Shown: positions 39,413-50,264 of the stretch, piece by piece | How positions within the stretch are numbered: position 1 is the stretch's first letter | How the letters are laid out: each line of letters begins with the position of its first letter | Position numbers and translations under genes: made by a program | DNA from: Azolla caroliniana | Lineage: Eukaryota > Plantae > Polypodiophyta | Length of the DNA stretch: 64,000 nt | Assembly (NCBI GenBank): GCA_043228905.1 | Contig: JBHGNT010000002.1 | Span: 4,960,001-5,024,000, forward strand | Direction: 5' to 3' | The notes under the pieces: model-generated | What the model was told of the DNA's origin: nothing | Databases searched by the model: none | What the model saw: the letters and a program-made list of their open reading frames with translations, nothing else

Positions 39413-40035
39413 TAGCAATGGGCTCGGTTTCGGCTCAAACTGAATAGAACCGAAAAACCGTGGCTTAACGGTTTGTAGGTTCAAAGATAAATAAACGGTT
39501 TGGGTTAGTTTCAAATGTTACTAATCGGTTTCGGTTCAGTTTTGAATTTACCGGTTTATTGGTTTATGGGCTTATCGTTTTCAGTTTATGTGGTTTGGTT
39601 TAAAGGTTTATAGGTAAAAAAATACTCAAAAATATTCTCTATAGGCTTTATTTTTGAACTTTTAATTTTAAACTCTTATTTTAACTTATTAAATTTTATA
39701 TGTATTATATGTAGAGTCTCCTTTTCATTTATGATGATAAATTATGATAAGTATAATGATCAAATTTATGATGAGTATAATGACCAAATTTTATGATAAG
39801 TATGATGACAAATTTTATGATGATTTTCTCACACAAATTTATAATAAGTATGATGATTAATATCAATAAAAAATGGTTTGGTTTCGTTTGGTTTTAAATT
39901 TTTTGTAAACGATTTGGTTTAACGGTTCGGTTTAAATGGCTTCATAAATTTTAAAATAGTTTGGTTCGGTTTTTATTATTAATAAATGGTTTGGTTTGGT
40001 TTCAAGGCCAAGAAACCGAATCGGGCCCATTGCTA
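39413..40035. mobile_element. hAT-type MITE inside the Copia-2 5' LTR
   Basis: TIRs TAGCAATGGGCTCG / CGGGCCCATTGCTA; perfect 8-bp TSD GCCAACAC; absent from the other LTR. Confidence 0.95.
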
Positions 40036-40799
40036 GCCAACACTAGAGTAAACACTGCCCATGTATAGGGAAAAGGTTCACATCAAAGCCACTCAAGGAA
40101 CACATAAGTGTTTAAACACTTCCATCATAGATTTCTTTTTTATCTTCTTGAAGTCTATGATGACATTGTGGTTTGTTCTACCTTTGATCGCAATTACCTT
40201 TACCTCACCTTTTTCTTGCAGTATTAATCCCATTGTATATTCATGCTTTCCTTGTGTCATGCTTCTTGGAAGCACGAAACATTTCTCCTTCTCTCCTTGG
40301 TCATGCTTTCCTTGGTGCCCTTGTACTTGGATGTTACACTCTCACACTCTATCAACAAATGTGGTAAAATCAAAGAGTAATGAAGATACATCATTCAACC
40401 TTGTTACAATAAAGCTATGGTATATGCAAAAGAAGTTGAAAACCATTTGTCAAAAACTCTCTTTAGGTTTGATGTTTTAAAAGAAAAGTGGAAACACTTG
40501 AAAGATTTCATCCTTGAGGTAGGATATCAACACTTTTGAATGCGCGTTGGTGTACATAAAAGATCTAGTTTCCCATTTAATTCTTGGTTTGATTAGCAGT
40601 GTCAGATATATCTCAAATTATATCAATTTGCGAAAGGGTAGTGTGAGCGGGTCATGGCATGACACCAATATAAAAAGGCAATAAGGAGAAAGAAAAGACA
40701 ATACTTTCAAATGCAAGAAAGGAAAAAGAAAAGGTTGTTTAAGCTCCAACCAGGTCTATAATCGAGATAACTCAATGATAAGAAAGAAGATATCAATTT

Positions 40800-41326
40800 G
40801 AAATATGAATTACAAATGAAGATATGCTAGAATATGTACAAAGCCTATATATGCATGAGGGGGTGACTCCTATGGTTGAGAACATTAAAACACCTTGTAA
40901 TATGGATTGATCTTGAAGATGTCAATAAGGGAGCAAAGAAGATGGCTAACGGGAAAGCAACCGATGTAACTCTCATTACAAGTGAGCTCTTAAAATTGAA
41001 AATGCCAAGTATTTGTCATTGGATCATGACCATTATAGATCAAGCTATTACACAAAGGTTTGCCAAATGATTGGCTCATGAATTGGATTAAGCCAAAATT
41101 TTAAGTAGGAGATAAAAATAAAGTATCAAATTATCATGCAATCATGGTGAGCTCAAGTATTGCTGAGTTGGATAGCACTATCATGGAGCAAAAGGTAAGT
41201 GCATGGGATAAAAGTCAAAATAAACGAGCACTTGGACCAAAACACTCCACGATAGATCAACTTATTACATAAAGGGTAATTATGGAAGAAAGTAGACTAC
41301 AAAGAAAGACACTCTATTGTTGCTTT
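40800..41326 (+). pseudogene. Decayed LINE reverse transcriptase fragment
   Basis: IDLEDVNKGAKKMANGKATD...GDKNKVSNYHAIMV...STIDQLIT*RVIMEESRLQRKTLYCCF, parallel to the LINE RT at 60602. Confidence 0.75.
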
Positions 41327-41997
41327 TGTTTATGGGTGGGTGGAGGGGATCCAAGAAAAGCTCCACCCCCCTCCCAAGGGGGTTAGAGTGGGAGGGGAGA
41401 GACAGAGAGAAATAGATAATAGAGAAAGAGAGACAGACACAAATTGGAGGGGAAACTTCTTCTATTCCCTTTCATGCCCAATGGGTGGGGTTTATATATG
41501 TAAAGAATCGGGCGTGATTCTCTGCAGTGGCAGGTGTGTGTACACTCTAGAGAGAGAGAGAGGGAGAAAACAGAGTTATACAAAAAACTAGAAAATTGTA
41601 TTAACAGGGAGCAAGAATGAACCAACAGTTGCAAAGAGAAGGAGAAGATGCTTATGTAGTCACCTTTTCTCTATGTTCTCTCACCACAACCACCACTTGA
41701 AAAAGAGGCGGCGACTTAACTACCTACTGAATATGTGTCATGGGACTTAACTTCTATGACACTTAGTTTATAATACAAAACACGCCCTTTCAAATGCAAC
41801 TTTCGGTCGCCGAATAGTTGATTCAGACTAGTTTCGAATTAGGCTTTGGATGGCTTGCTCCACACTCCCGTGATCATTCTGCTCCGTTCGTCGTCGTGTC
41901 GGATGGCTCATTATCCATACTCCCCCTCAAGCTCGGTTGGTCGGTAATAGAAATATCCAAGCTCATCATGAACTACCGCAACTTATCAACTGCCAAG
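41327..41997 (-). mobile_element. 3' LTR, PPT and RNase H tail of a minus-strand copia element
   Basis: LTR 41917-41327 (TG...CA); PPT TTGAGGGGGAGTA; tail LAVDKLR*FMMSLDISITDQPSLRGS; cut by Chromo-C. Confidence 0.7.
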
Positions 41998-44304
41998 TGT
42001 CATGATATAACATGGTATGGCTTCGAAAGGATTTAAACCCATGACCTTGTGACACATGGGTGGAAACCTTACCATTAAGCTATAAGTTGTAATACAAAGA
42101 ATATTATTTCCATTTATTATTTCACTTAGGAAATCCATGTATATTCTAGATTTCTCTAGAACATTCTAGAAATGTCAAGAGTATTCCTAAAGCCACTATA
42201 AAAAGAGGCACATGGCATTATCAATAACCAAATTGGTTCAATGCCAATCTTAAGCCTCCTAGTTGTTCTTGTATCTTTCTTCTTATAATATAATATACTT
42301 CTTGTTGTCATCATTATATATCTCTCTCTCTCCTCTCACGTGGTTCTCACACACTCTTTCCCTTCTTAGTACTAATCCTCATTCTTCTCCTCTACCTTTA
42401 GTACTAATTCTCCTTGCCTCTAGTACTATCCTTGACAGTTTGAACTAATTTTCCCTCTTTAGGTTCGTATCCCTCCTTCCCTTCATTCTAATCTTCTTAT
42501 CCTTCCTTCCTCCAATGCTATGACAATTGTTAGCGCTCAAGAATACCAATATGTTTTCTCGGAGCTGCAGTGCTTGAAAGAAAGGTTTGCATCGTATTGG
42601 ATCAAGAAAATCAATGGTTGTTGGGGGATCTTCAACAAATCTCTTTAGAAAAGCAGCAAGTGCAAGAGCAACATGGGGAGTTAGCATTACGCGTGCAACA
42701 ACTTGAAGCAACCATTGTGTCATTGCAACAACAAGGATCAAGTACTCAAGGGATTCATAAAGAGCCCAAGATCGGCCTTCCTATGAAATTCGATGGAACG
42801 TGATCATAGTTTAGAGGATTCCTTAATTAGGTATGATTAGTCATTCAAATGCATCCTTCCCGATATCCCACCGATGCATCAAAAGTGGGTCTAGTAGGCA
42901 CATTACTGAGCAGCTCAGCTTTGGCATGGTTCGCTTCGTTGTTTGATAAAAAGTTCTCCCTTACTAAATAATTTTGAAGAGTTTATAAGCGAGTTTAAAG
43001 CCTATTTTGGAGATACTGATAGCATAAGGAAGACAATCAACAAAATCCAACGATTATGTCAAGGTGATCGTCCAGCCTCCACTTACACTGCAGATTTCCG
43101 TCTACTCGCTTCCAATATCCTCTAGGATGACCAAACGTTGATGGAGCAATTTCGATACGGCCTACAAAATGATGTCAAAGACTTACTCCTGACTTTCTCT
43201 GAAGAACCAAAATCGCTCACAGAGGCAATCACTCGAGCGGTACGATGCGGTAACTGTCTTTTCGAACGACGTTCGGCATGCCAGTTACAAATGCCAAGGA
43301 CTAGGTCGGAGCCCACATACGCCTCGGTCGTAACAAAACCATTTCCAAGGGAGTCATATCATGCATCTCCGGAAAATACTCCAACACTGATGGAAATCGA
43401 CACCGCGCATTGTCGTGGACCATTGTCGGAAGAAGAAAAGCAATGACACCGAGTAAATCGATTATGTCTTTACTGTAGAGGACCAAGGCATATCACAATA
43501 AACTGTCCACATAGGCCAAGAAGACAGGTAAATCAAATAGTTGCTTGTACTAAACCCAAGTCTTCGGTAGGAGTGTTTGATAGTCCTAATAGTACTAATA
43601 GCCCAAGTCTATCAAACAAATTTGATGTCCTTAGTCAATTAGAAGAAGAGTTAAACGACTATGTCCAAATAAAATTGGAGTCGTTTGGTTGGACAACCCT
43701 AGATCTGTGCAACCCATTAGTGGTTCCATTCCCTCTAAGCAAGTTAGCAATGTGTTCTTAGCTCAAGTAACAGTTAGTACTAAAAGTACCTCTCCAGTAC
43801 ATGTCTTAGCACTCCTAGATTCCGGAGCTAATTCTTGCTTCATGGATAGGAATTTTGCCCATGCTCACCAGATATCCTTAAGAAAACTCCCTTGTCCAGC
43901 CTCCGTAGTAGTCATTGATGGTCGTCCCATTGCTTTCGGAAATATCATAGAAGAGTCAGACCCAGTTAATATTGTCCTAGATAATTTAGCGTGTGCAGTA
44001 TCATTTAATATAATTAGTAGCCCAGAACATCCCATTGTTTTGGGATTACCATGGTTCGAATTACATAACCTAGACATAGATTGGAGAACAAGAGAAATCC
44101 GATATCGACAAACCCGAGGATCTACTCATAGGATTGCAACCATTTCGCTACATCAATTGCGTGAGAAAGAACAGAAGGATGCAATGTTTGTCTTCACGGG
44201 ATTAGTAAAACCTTCCAACACCACTAAAGAGGAATCCACAGTTCAACTTCCAGAGAAGTATCGTCCTTATGCCGATGTGTTCGATAAGGTACAAGCCAAT
44301 ACGC

Positions 44305-44999
44305 TGTCGCGTTGTTACGCGCGTGCGTGGAGAACAAGGCGGGACCACTGGGGTCTTGGACCGAGGAGTAGGTGAGGAAAAGAGAGAGAGAGAAAGAGAG
44401 AGAGAGACGCTCATTCACGTATAGACAAAGAAGCGCACGAGGACGCGTCACAACAACACAGGAGACGCGAGTTGAGAACACTAGAGTGTGTATGTAAATA
44501 TATGCATGTATTTGTATGGATGCAGACGACTCGAACGGTTACAGCCAACCAGGTCGGTGAGGTGGGTGTCGACGCCTGATCACCCACGCACACAGGAGAG
44601 CAAGATGGAGATTCTGCCGGAAGCACACGGGCGTTCCACGGAGCAGAATCAGCCTCTCGAGAACCTGCGCAAAAGAAAGCTATGGATAATGACAGAGAAG
44701 AAGAGCTCGGTCCCAGTCCGACAACACTTCATTCCTTCTAGCGCGCGATACCCTTCTCTCCCCCGTCTCCCTCTCTTTTATAGCTCAAGGAGGGAGGCCG
44801 TTTCACATGTTTACATCACATTAATTCTTTGTCCTTTCGGACAGAGATACTCCTCGATTTCCCCTATAGAATATTGCTACCTAGGATTTGACCTTCGTGC
44901 CTACCTATCCACTATACAACAAGGGGTGTGCCCACGTGTAAGGGCCGGTTCACACACACTATGCACGGTTTGCGCCTGGGGACGGTTTTCTCCACGACA
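44305..44999 (-). mobile_element. Solo LTR of the Gypsy-A family
   Basis: Reverse complement of 21231-21911; 4-bp TSD ACGC; Chromo-C frame ANTL|PHH resumes on removal. Confidence 0.95.
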
Positions 45000-47900
45000 A
45001 CGCTTCCTCACCACCAACTGTATGATTGCCCCATTGATTTGCAACCGGGAAAAGAGCCACCATGGGGACCGATCTACAACTTGTCACCAATCAAGCTAGA
45101 AGTCCTTCGAGTCTATATAGAGGAGAATTTGGAAAACGGTTTCATTCAACATTCGAAATCTCTAGCCGGCGCACCCATTTTCTTTGTCAAGAAAAAGGAT
45201 GGATCACTTTGTCTTGTCGTAGATTACCATGGCTTGAATAAGGTCACCATCAAGAATAGGTATGCACTCCCCCTTATCTCAAGTCTTTTAGAACGAATCA
45301 ATGGTGCAAGGTTCTTCACAAAGATCGAGTTATGAGGAGCATATAAACTCGTACGTATCTGACCAGGAGATGAATGGAAGACCGTGTTTCGCACTAGATA
45401 TAGGCACTTCGAGTATACGGTCATGCCTTTCGGTCTCACTAATGCGCCAACAGTCTTCCAGCACATGGCAAATTATATATTTCAAGATCTCTTGGATGTT
45501 TGTTTGATCATCTATTTGGATGATCTACTGGTTTATTCAAAGACCCAAGAAGAGCATGATTCTCATGTACTGTCAGTACTAAAACGGCTTCGAGAACATG
45601 GTCTTTATGCAAAACTAGAAAAATGTAATTTCGAGTGCAACCAAGTGGAATTTATGGGCTATGTCATCTCCTCATAAGGCATCTCTATGGATCCAGCTAA
45701 GGTCAAAACTGTGGTAGAGTGGCAGACTCCACGTTCGTTGCGAGATGTGCAATGCATTTTAGGCTTTGCCAATTGTTACCGCAAGTTTATATAGGATTAT
45801 AGGGGCAATCGTTTGTTTGGTCTAAAGAAGCGGACATGGCTTTTGACAGTCTTAAGAAGGCATTTGCATCAACTCCTATCCTTTTGATCCAAAAAAACCG
45901 TTCATCATTGAGGTAGACGCGTCAGATTTCGCCTTGGTAGCATTCTATCACAACAAGGCGATGATGAAAAGCTACATCATGTAGCTTTCCACTCACGTAA
46001 GCTTGACGCTGCCGAAATTAACTATGAAATTCATGATAAGGAGCTATTAACAATAGTGGACTCTTTTACACAATGGAGGTATATTCTAGAGGGATCTTCT
46101 CATCAAGTCACCGTATTCAATGATCACAAAAATCTTGCCTATTTCCAGAATGCTCGTGTATTAAATCGATGTCAAGCTTGGTGGGCCCAATTCCTCATTC
46201 ATTTCGACTTCAAAATTACATATTGTCTTGGGAAACAACAAGGGAAGGCAAATGCGTTATCGCGGTGCTCATATCTAGCATTGAGTCCTGGTGAGCCAAC
46301 ATTCGATAACCAAAAGCAAGTAATCTTGGAACCGGCACGACTGCAAGCAATGCGGGTTTTCGATATGCCATTGGATTCCCACATTATCGATACTGTACGT
46401 GAGAACTTGAAGACAAATGCTTTCGCTCAAGCCATTCTTGTCAAGGCCTTAGCTTGACAAAAGAAGATTGAACAAGAGAGGAAAAGAAAGAGAGAACAAT
46501 GACTATAATATAATAGGAAAATATACAAGAGCAAGAACTAGAATATTTGCCAAAGACTGGTGTTGAACCAGAATGGTTCTAACAATACAATATGTCCTAT
46601 TTATATAGGAGTAGTATGTGCCCCTTGGATGTTTGTAGGGTCATAATACCCTTTGGGATGTTGTAGTATGATACCCTTAGGGATATTGAAGGGTCATGGC
46701 ACCCTTTGGGATATTGAAGGGTCATGGTACGCTTTGGATATTTATAGGGTTACATTATCAATATTATAATAAAGTAAATTATAATATCTTTATATACAAA
46801 TATATAACCTAATGGCTAGAGCCAAGTGCTTCTCCTTAGGAGGTCACGGGTTCGAGTCACCCTAAACCTGATGGTGTTTTATCTACTCATGACACCATAT
46901 CCCTCCTTTGATGATGAGTTCAACGAGTCGTAATGTATGAATTAGGGCTCAGCTTATTTGGATATTGACGATGAAATTCAGCTACCAGATCGGAGGCGTT
47001 GCCAAGGTTCTTGGCCGGTTCCCAAGTACGATCATTAGGTGTATAACCTAACCAATCCACGAGATAATAAAGCTTCTTACGTACTATCTTGGAGTCCAAA
47101 ATAGCTTTGACTTTGAATTCTGGGCCATTAACAAGTTGAACCAGAGATGGGGATAGAACAACCCGATCTAGAATGGAACTAGCATTGTAAGGTTCCAACA
47201 ATGAGACATGAAATACTTGGTGTAGATGCATGTGTGGAGGCAGATCAAGGTGGAATGCAACATCACTGATTTGATGAGAGATAATAAATGGACCAAGTCG
47301 TTGATAATCCAACTTATCACAAGGTCTAGTGGTCTTCACATTACATCGTAATAGCAATACACGATCCCCAATTCGAAATTTTGGTTCCTTTGGTGAGGAG
47401 TGGCTTGGGCCATTTGCAAATGGTGAGAAAGTGCAACATGAACTTCTTAGAGTTGGTGTACACGGTCCTCAACGACAGGATTTTTTGAGATTTCTGGATG
47501 TTCGATCATCATCCAACGGGGATGATATCCTATGTTTGCAAAAAATGGAGTATATCCTGTTGAGGAATGAACCGAATTATTGTATCAAACTTTGCAAAGT
47601 GTAAAAAATCCACCCAATCATCTTGTTGATAATTGATGAAACATCGAAGATATTGTTCTAGAGTTTGATTTGTGCGCTCGGTTTGACCGTCACTTTGTGG
47701 ATGATAACTTGAAGAAAGTTTACAAGAGACTTTGAGCATCTCAAGCAAGTGTTTCCAGAAATTTGAGATGAATTGTGGGCCACGATCACTAATGATGTCA
47801 TTTGGAAGACCATGAAGCCAAAATACTTCTTTCATAATGATGTTTGCAATTTCTTTACTGTTGATAGTTTTCGTGCATGGAAGAAAATGCACCATCTTTG

Positions 47901-48534
47901 TGAATCGATCCACTACAGTGAGGATAGCATCAAAACTCTTTGAAAGTGGAAGATCTGTTATAAAGTCCATAGAGATGGATTTCCACGGACCAGTAGGAAC
48001 TAGCAATGGTTGTAATAACCCATATGGTTGATGTCGCGGAATCTTTGATCGACAACACACATCACAAGTACGAACATAATCTTCAACAAACTCCCGAAGA
48101 TGAGGCCATCAATAGTTTTGAGAAACTAGCTCCAAAGTTTTGTGGATTCCAAAATGACCAGCCATTGGATTGTCATGACAATATTGCATTACTTGGAGTC
48201 GAGACGAACCATTAGGGACATACAAAAGAGTGTTACGAAAAAGTAACCCATTTTGCCATTGAAACTGGTTATAATCTTTACAAGGATACTTGGATTTTGA
48301 AGAAGACGCATGATCTGAAATGATATGATTCAATACATCTTTAGCAAATTCATCAGAAATGATACTTATTCGGATTGAATCAAGGAGCCTGGAATCCTCA
48401 GGTGCTTTAGAGGCATTAATAGTCAATAGTTATAACCGATCAGGCCCCAAGATGACTTGCTTTTGATGATCAAATGTGGGCTCCCCTGGTTGTGGCGCCA
48501 AATAAGATCGTCGTGATAGAGCTTCTTCCTGTCA

Positions 48535-48599
48535 TGAGATGGCAAGACTCGAACCCATGACCTTATGGTATATGGGTCGAGCTCTTAACCATCTCACCA
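48535..48599 (-). other. tRNA-derived A-box/B-box hairpin unit in the Chromo-E U3 (second copy 53782-53846)
   Basis: Minus strand TGGTGAGATGG...GGTTCGAGTC, box starts 44 nt apart; about 25 bp of rod-like pairing. Confidence 0.65.
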
Positions 48600-48971
48600 T
48601 CTATTGTAATTCATAGAATATTATTTTCATTTATGTTTTATTATAAGAAAGTAATGTATATTCCAGATTTCTCTGGAACATTCTAGAAGCTTCAGGATTA
48701 TTCCTGAGAACACTATAAAAGAAGGCACTAAGCATTATGTTGAACCAAATTGGTTCAACACCAGTCTTAAGCCTCTTAGTCGATTTGTACTTATCTTTCA
48801 TATAATATAAGAGCTGTTGTCATCATCCTATTTCTCTCTCTCTCTCCTCTTCTCACTTCCTCTCTCTCTCGGGAATCTTACGCAGTCCCGTCCTCTTAGT
48901 ACTAATAGTACTAATAGTACTACTCTTCTTAGTACTAATTCCATCTCTGTTTTAGTACTATTCCTGACAGT

Positions 48972-48983
48972 TTGAACCAATTT
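48972..48983 (+). promoter_or_regulatory. Self-priming (tRNA-independent) PBS of Chromo-E
   Basis: TTGAACCAATTT is complementary to AAATTGGTTCAA at 48747-48758, which starts 33 nt after the first T of TATAAAA; no TGG-type PBS is present. Confidence 0.8.
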
Positions 48984-49038
48984 TTTCCTCTAGCCTACTT
49001 GTCACTCTCCCTCATCTTCCTACCCTTTCCCCTATACT

Positions 49039-50196
49039 ATGGCTACTGTTAGCGCCCAAGAATACCAATCCGTTTTCTCCGAGCTACAGTGCCTAAAAGA
49101 AAAGTTTGTTGCCTTGGAACAAGAAAACCAACGGCTGATAGGGGATCTGCAACAAATCGCTCTAGAAAAACAACAAACGCAACAACAACATGGGGAGTTA
49201 GCGTTACGGGTACAACAACTCGAAGCAGCGTTGCAACAACAAGGATCCAGTCCCCAAGGATTTCATAAAGAGCCCAAGATTGGACTTCCTGTGAAATTTG
49301 ATGGAACGCGTTCGCAATTTCGGGGATTCCTTAATCAGGTACGCTTAGTCATCCAGATGCATCCTTCCCGATATCCCACTGATGCATCTCGAGTCGGCCT
49401 AATAGGCACGCTACTTAGCGGCTCAGCCTTGGCATGGTTCGCTCCGCTTCTAGAAAAACAATCGCCCTTGCTTAATAACTTTGAAGATTTTATTGGTGAG
49501 TTTAAAGCCTGCTTTGGAGACACCGACAGCATCAGGACGGCGATCAACAAGATCCGGCGATTGCGTCAAGGCGATCGTCCAGCCTCTGCCTACGCGGCGG
49601 ATTTCCGCCTACTTGCTTCAGATATACCCTGGGATGATCAAGCACTAATGGAGCAGTTTCGCTATGGCTTGCGAAACGATGTCAAAGATCTACTTCTAAC
49701 TTTCCCCGAAGAACCAAAGTCTCTTACGGAGGCAATCAGTCGAGCAGTTCGATGTGACAACCGCCTTTTTGAACGGCGTTCAGAACGTCAATTACAGATA
49801 CCACGCTCTAGGCCAGAGCCCACTTACGCCGCAGTCGCGGCTAAACCGTTTGCACGAGACATACCTCAAGCAAATACTTCGACACCGATGGAGATCGATA
49901 CCATGCGTCGACGCGGCCCGTTATCAGAAGAAGAAAAGCAACGACGACGTGCCAATCGATTATGCCTTTATTGCGGTGGACCAGGACATATCGCCATCAA
50001 TTGTCCCCATAGGCCAAGAAGACAGGTAAATCAAATTGTCGCCTGTACTAAACCTGAGTCAATTCTTCCCTTCGGAGTGTCTGATAGTAGTAATAGTACT
50101 AATAGAGTGTCAGATAGTATTCATAGTACTAATAGCCCAAGTATCTCAAATAAATTTGAAATCCTTAGTCAATTAGATGAAGAGTTAAACGATTGA
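49039..50196 (+). CDS. gag: Gag (coiled coil, capsid, CCHC zinc knuckle), 385 aa
   Basis: P.KFDG.RSQFRGFLNQ, LRQG.R...YAADF, PMEID, CLYCGGPGHIAINC. Confidence 0.95.
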   Translation: MATVSAQEYQSVFSELQCLKEKFVALEQENQRLIGDLQQIALEKQQTQQQHGELALRVQQLEAALQQQGSSPQGFHKEPKIGLPVKFDGTRSQFRGFLNQVRLVIQMHPSRYPTDASRVGLIGTLLSGSALAWFAPLLEKQSPLLNNFEDFIGEFKACFGDTDSIRTAINKIRRLRQGDRPASAYAADFRLLASDIPWDDQALMEQFRYGLRNDVKDLLLTFPEEPKSLTEAISRAVRCDNRLFERRSERQLQIPRSRPEPTYAAVAAKPFARDIPQANTSTPMEIDTMRRRGPLSEEEKQRRRANRLCLYCGGPGHIAINCPHRPRRQVNQIVACTKPESILPFGVSDSSNSTNRVSDSIHSTNSPSISNKFEILSQLDEELND

Positions 50197-50264
50197 GTCC
50201 AGCCAAAATAGGAGCCATTTGGTTGGACAGCAGCCCTAGATCTGTACAGCCCATTAGTGGTTCC
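50184..50264 (+). promoter_or_regulatory. Putative -1 frameshift signal (Chromo-E)
   Basis: G TTA AAC; 6-nt spacer; stem GTCCAGCCAAA/TTTGGTTGGAC; loop GGAGCCA pairs with TGGTTCC at 50258-50264. Confidence 0.8.

Larger units (their letters stand above)
26770..40118 (-). mobile_element. Copia-2: degenerate Ty1/copia element carrying three nested insertions
   Basis: LTRs 39200-40118 (with MITE) and 26770-~27035; TSD CTTCC; PBS TGGTATCAGAGA 39198-39187; gag KLDGTNYPMW, zinc knuckle CKYCRKAGH, WFFDSGASKH, IN, RT (RLVAKGY, LYVDD), RH (ADIFTKAL). Confidence 0.95.

Noticed and set aside
48530-48610. Functional tRNA genes in the LTRs
   Set aside because: A/B boxes are present, but acceptor, D and anticodon stems do not pair as a cloverleaf; treated as tRNA-derived units.
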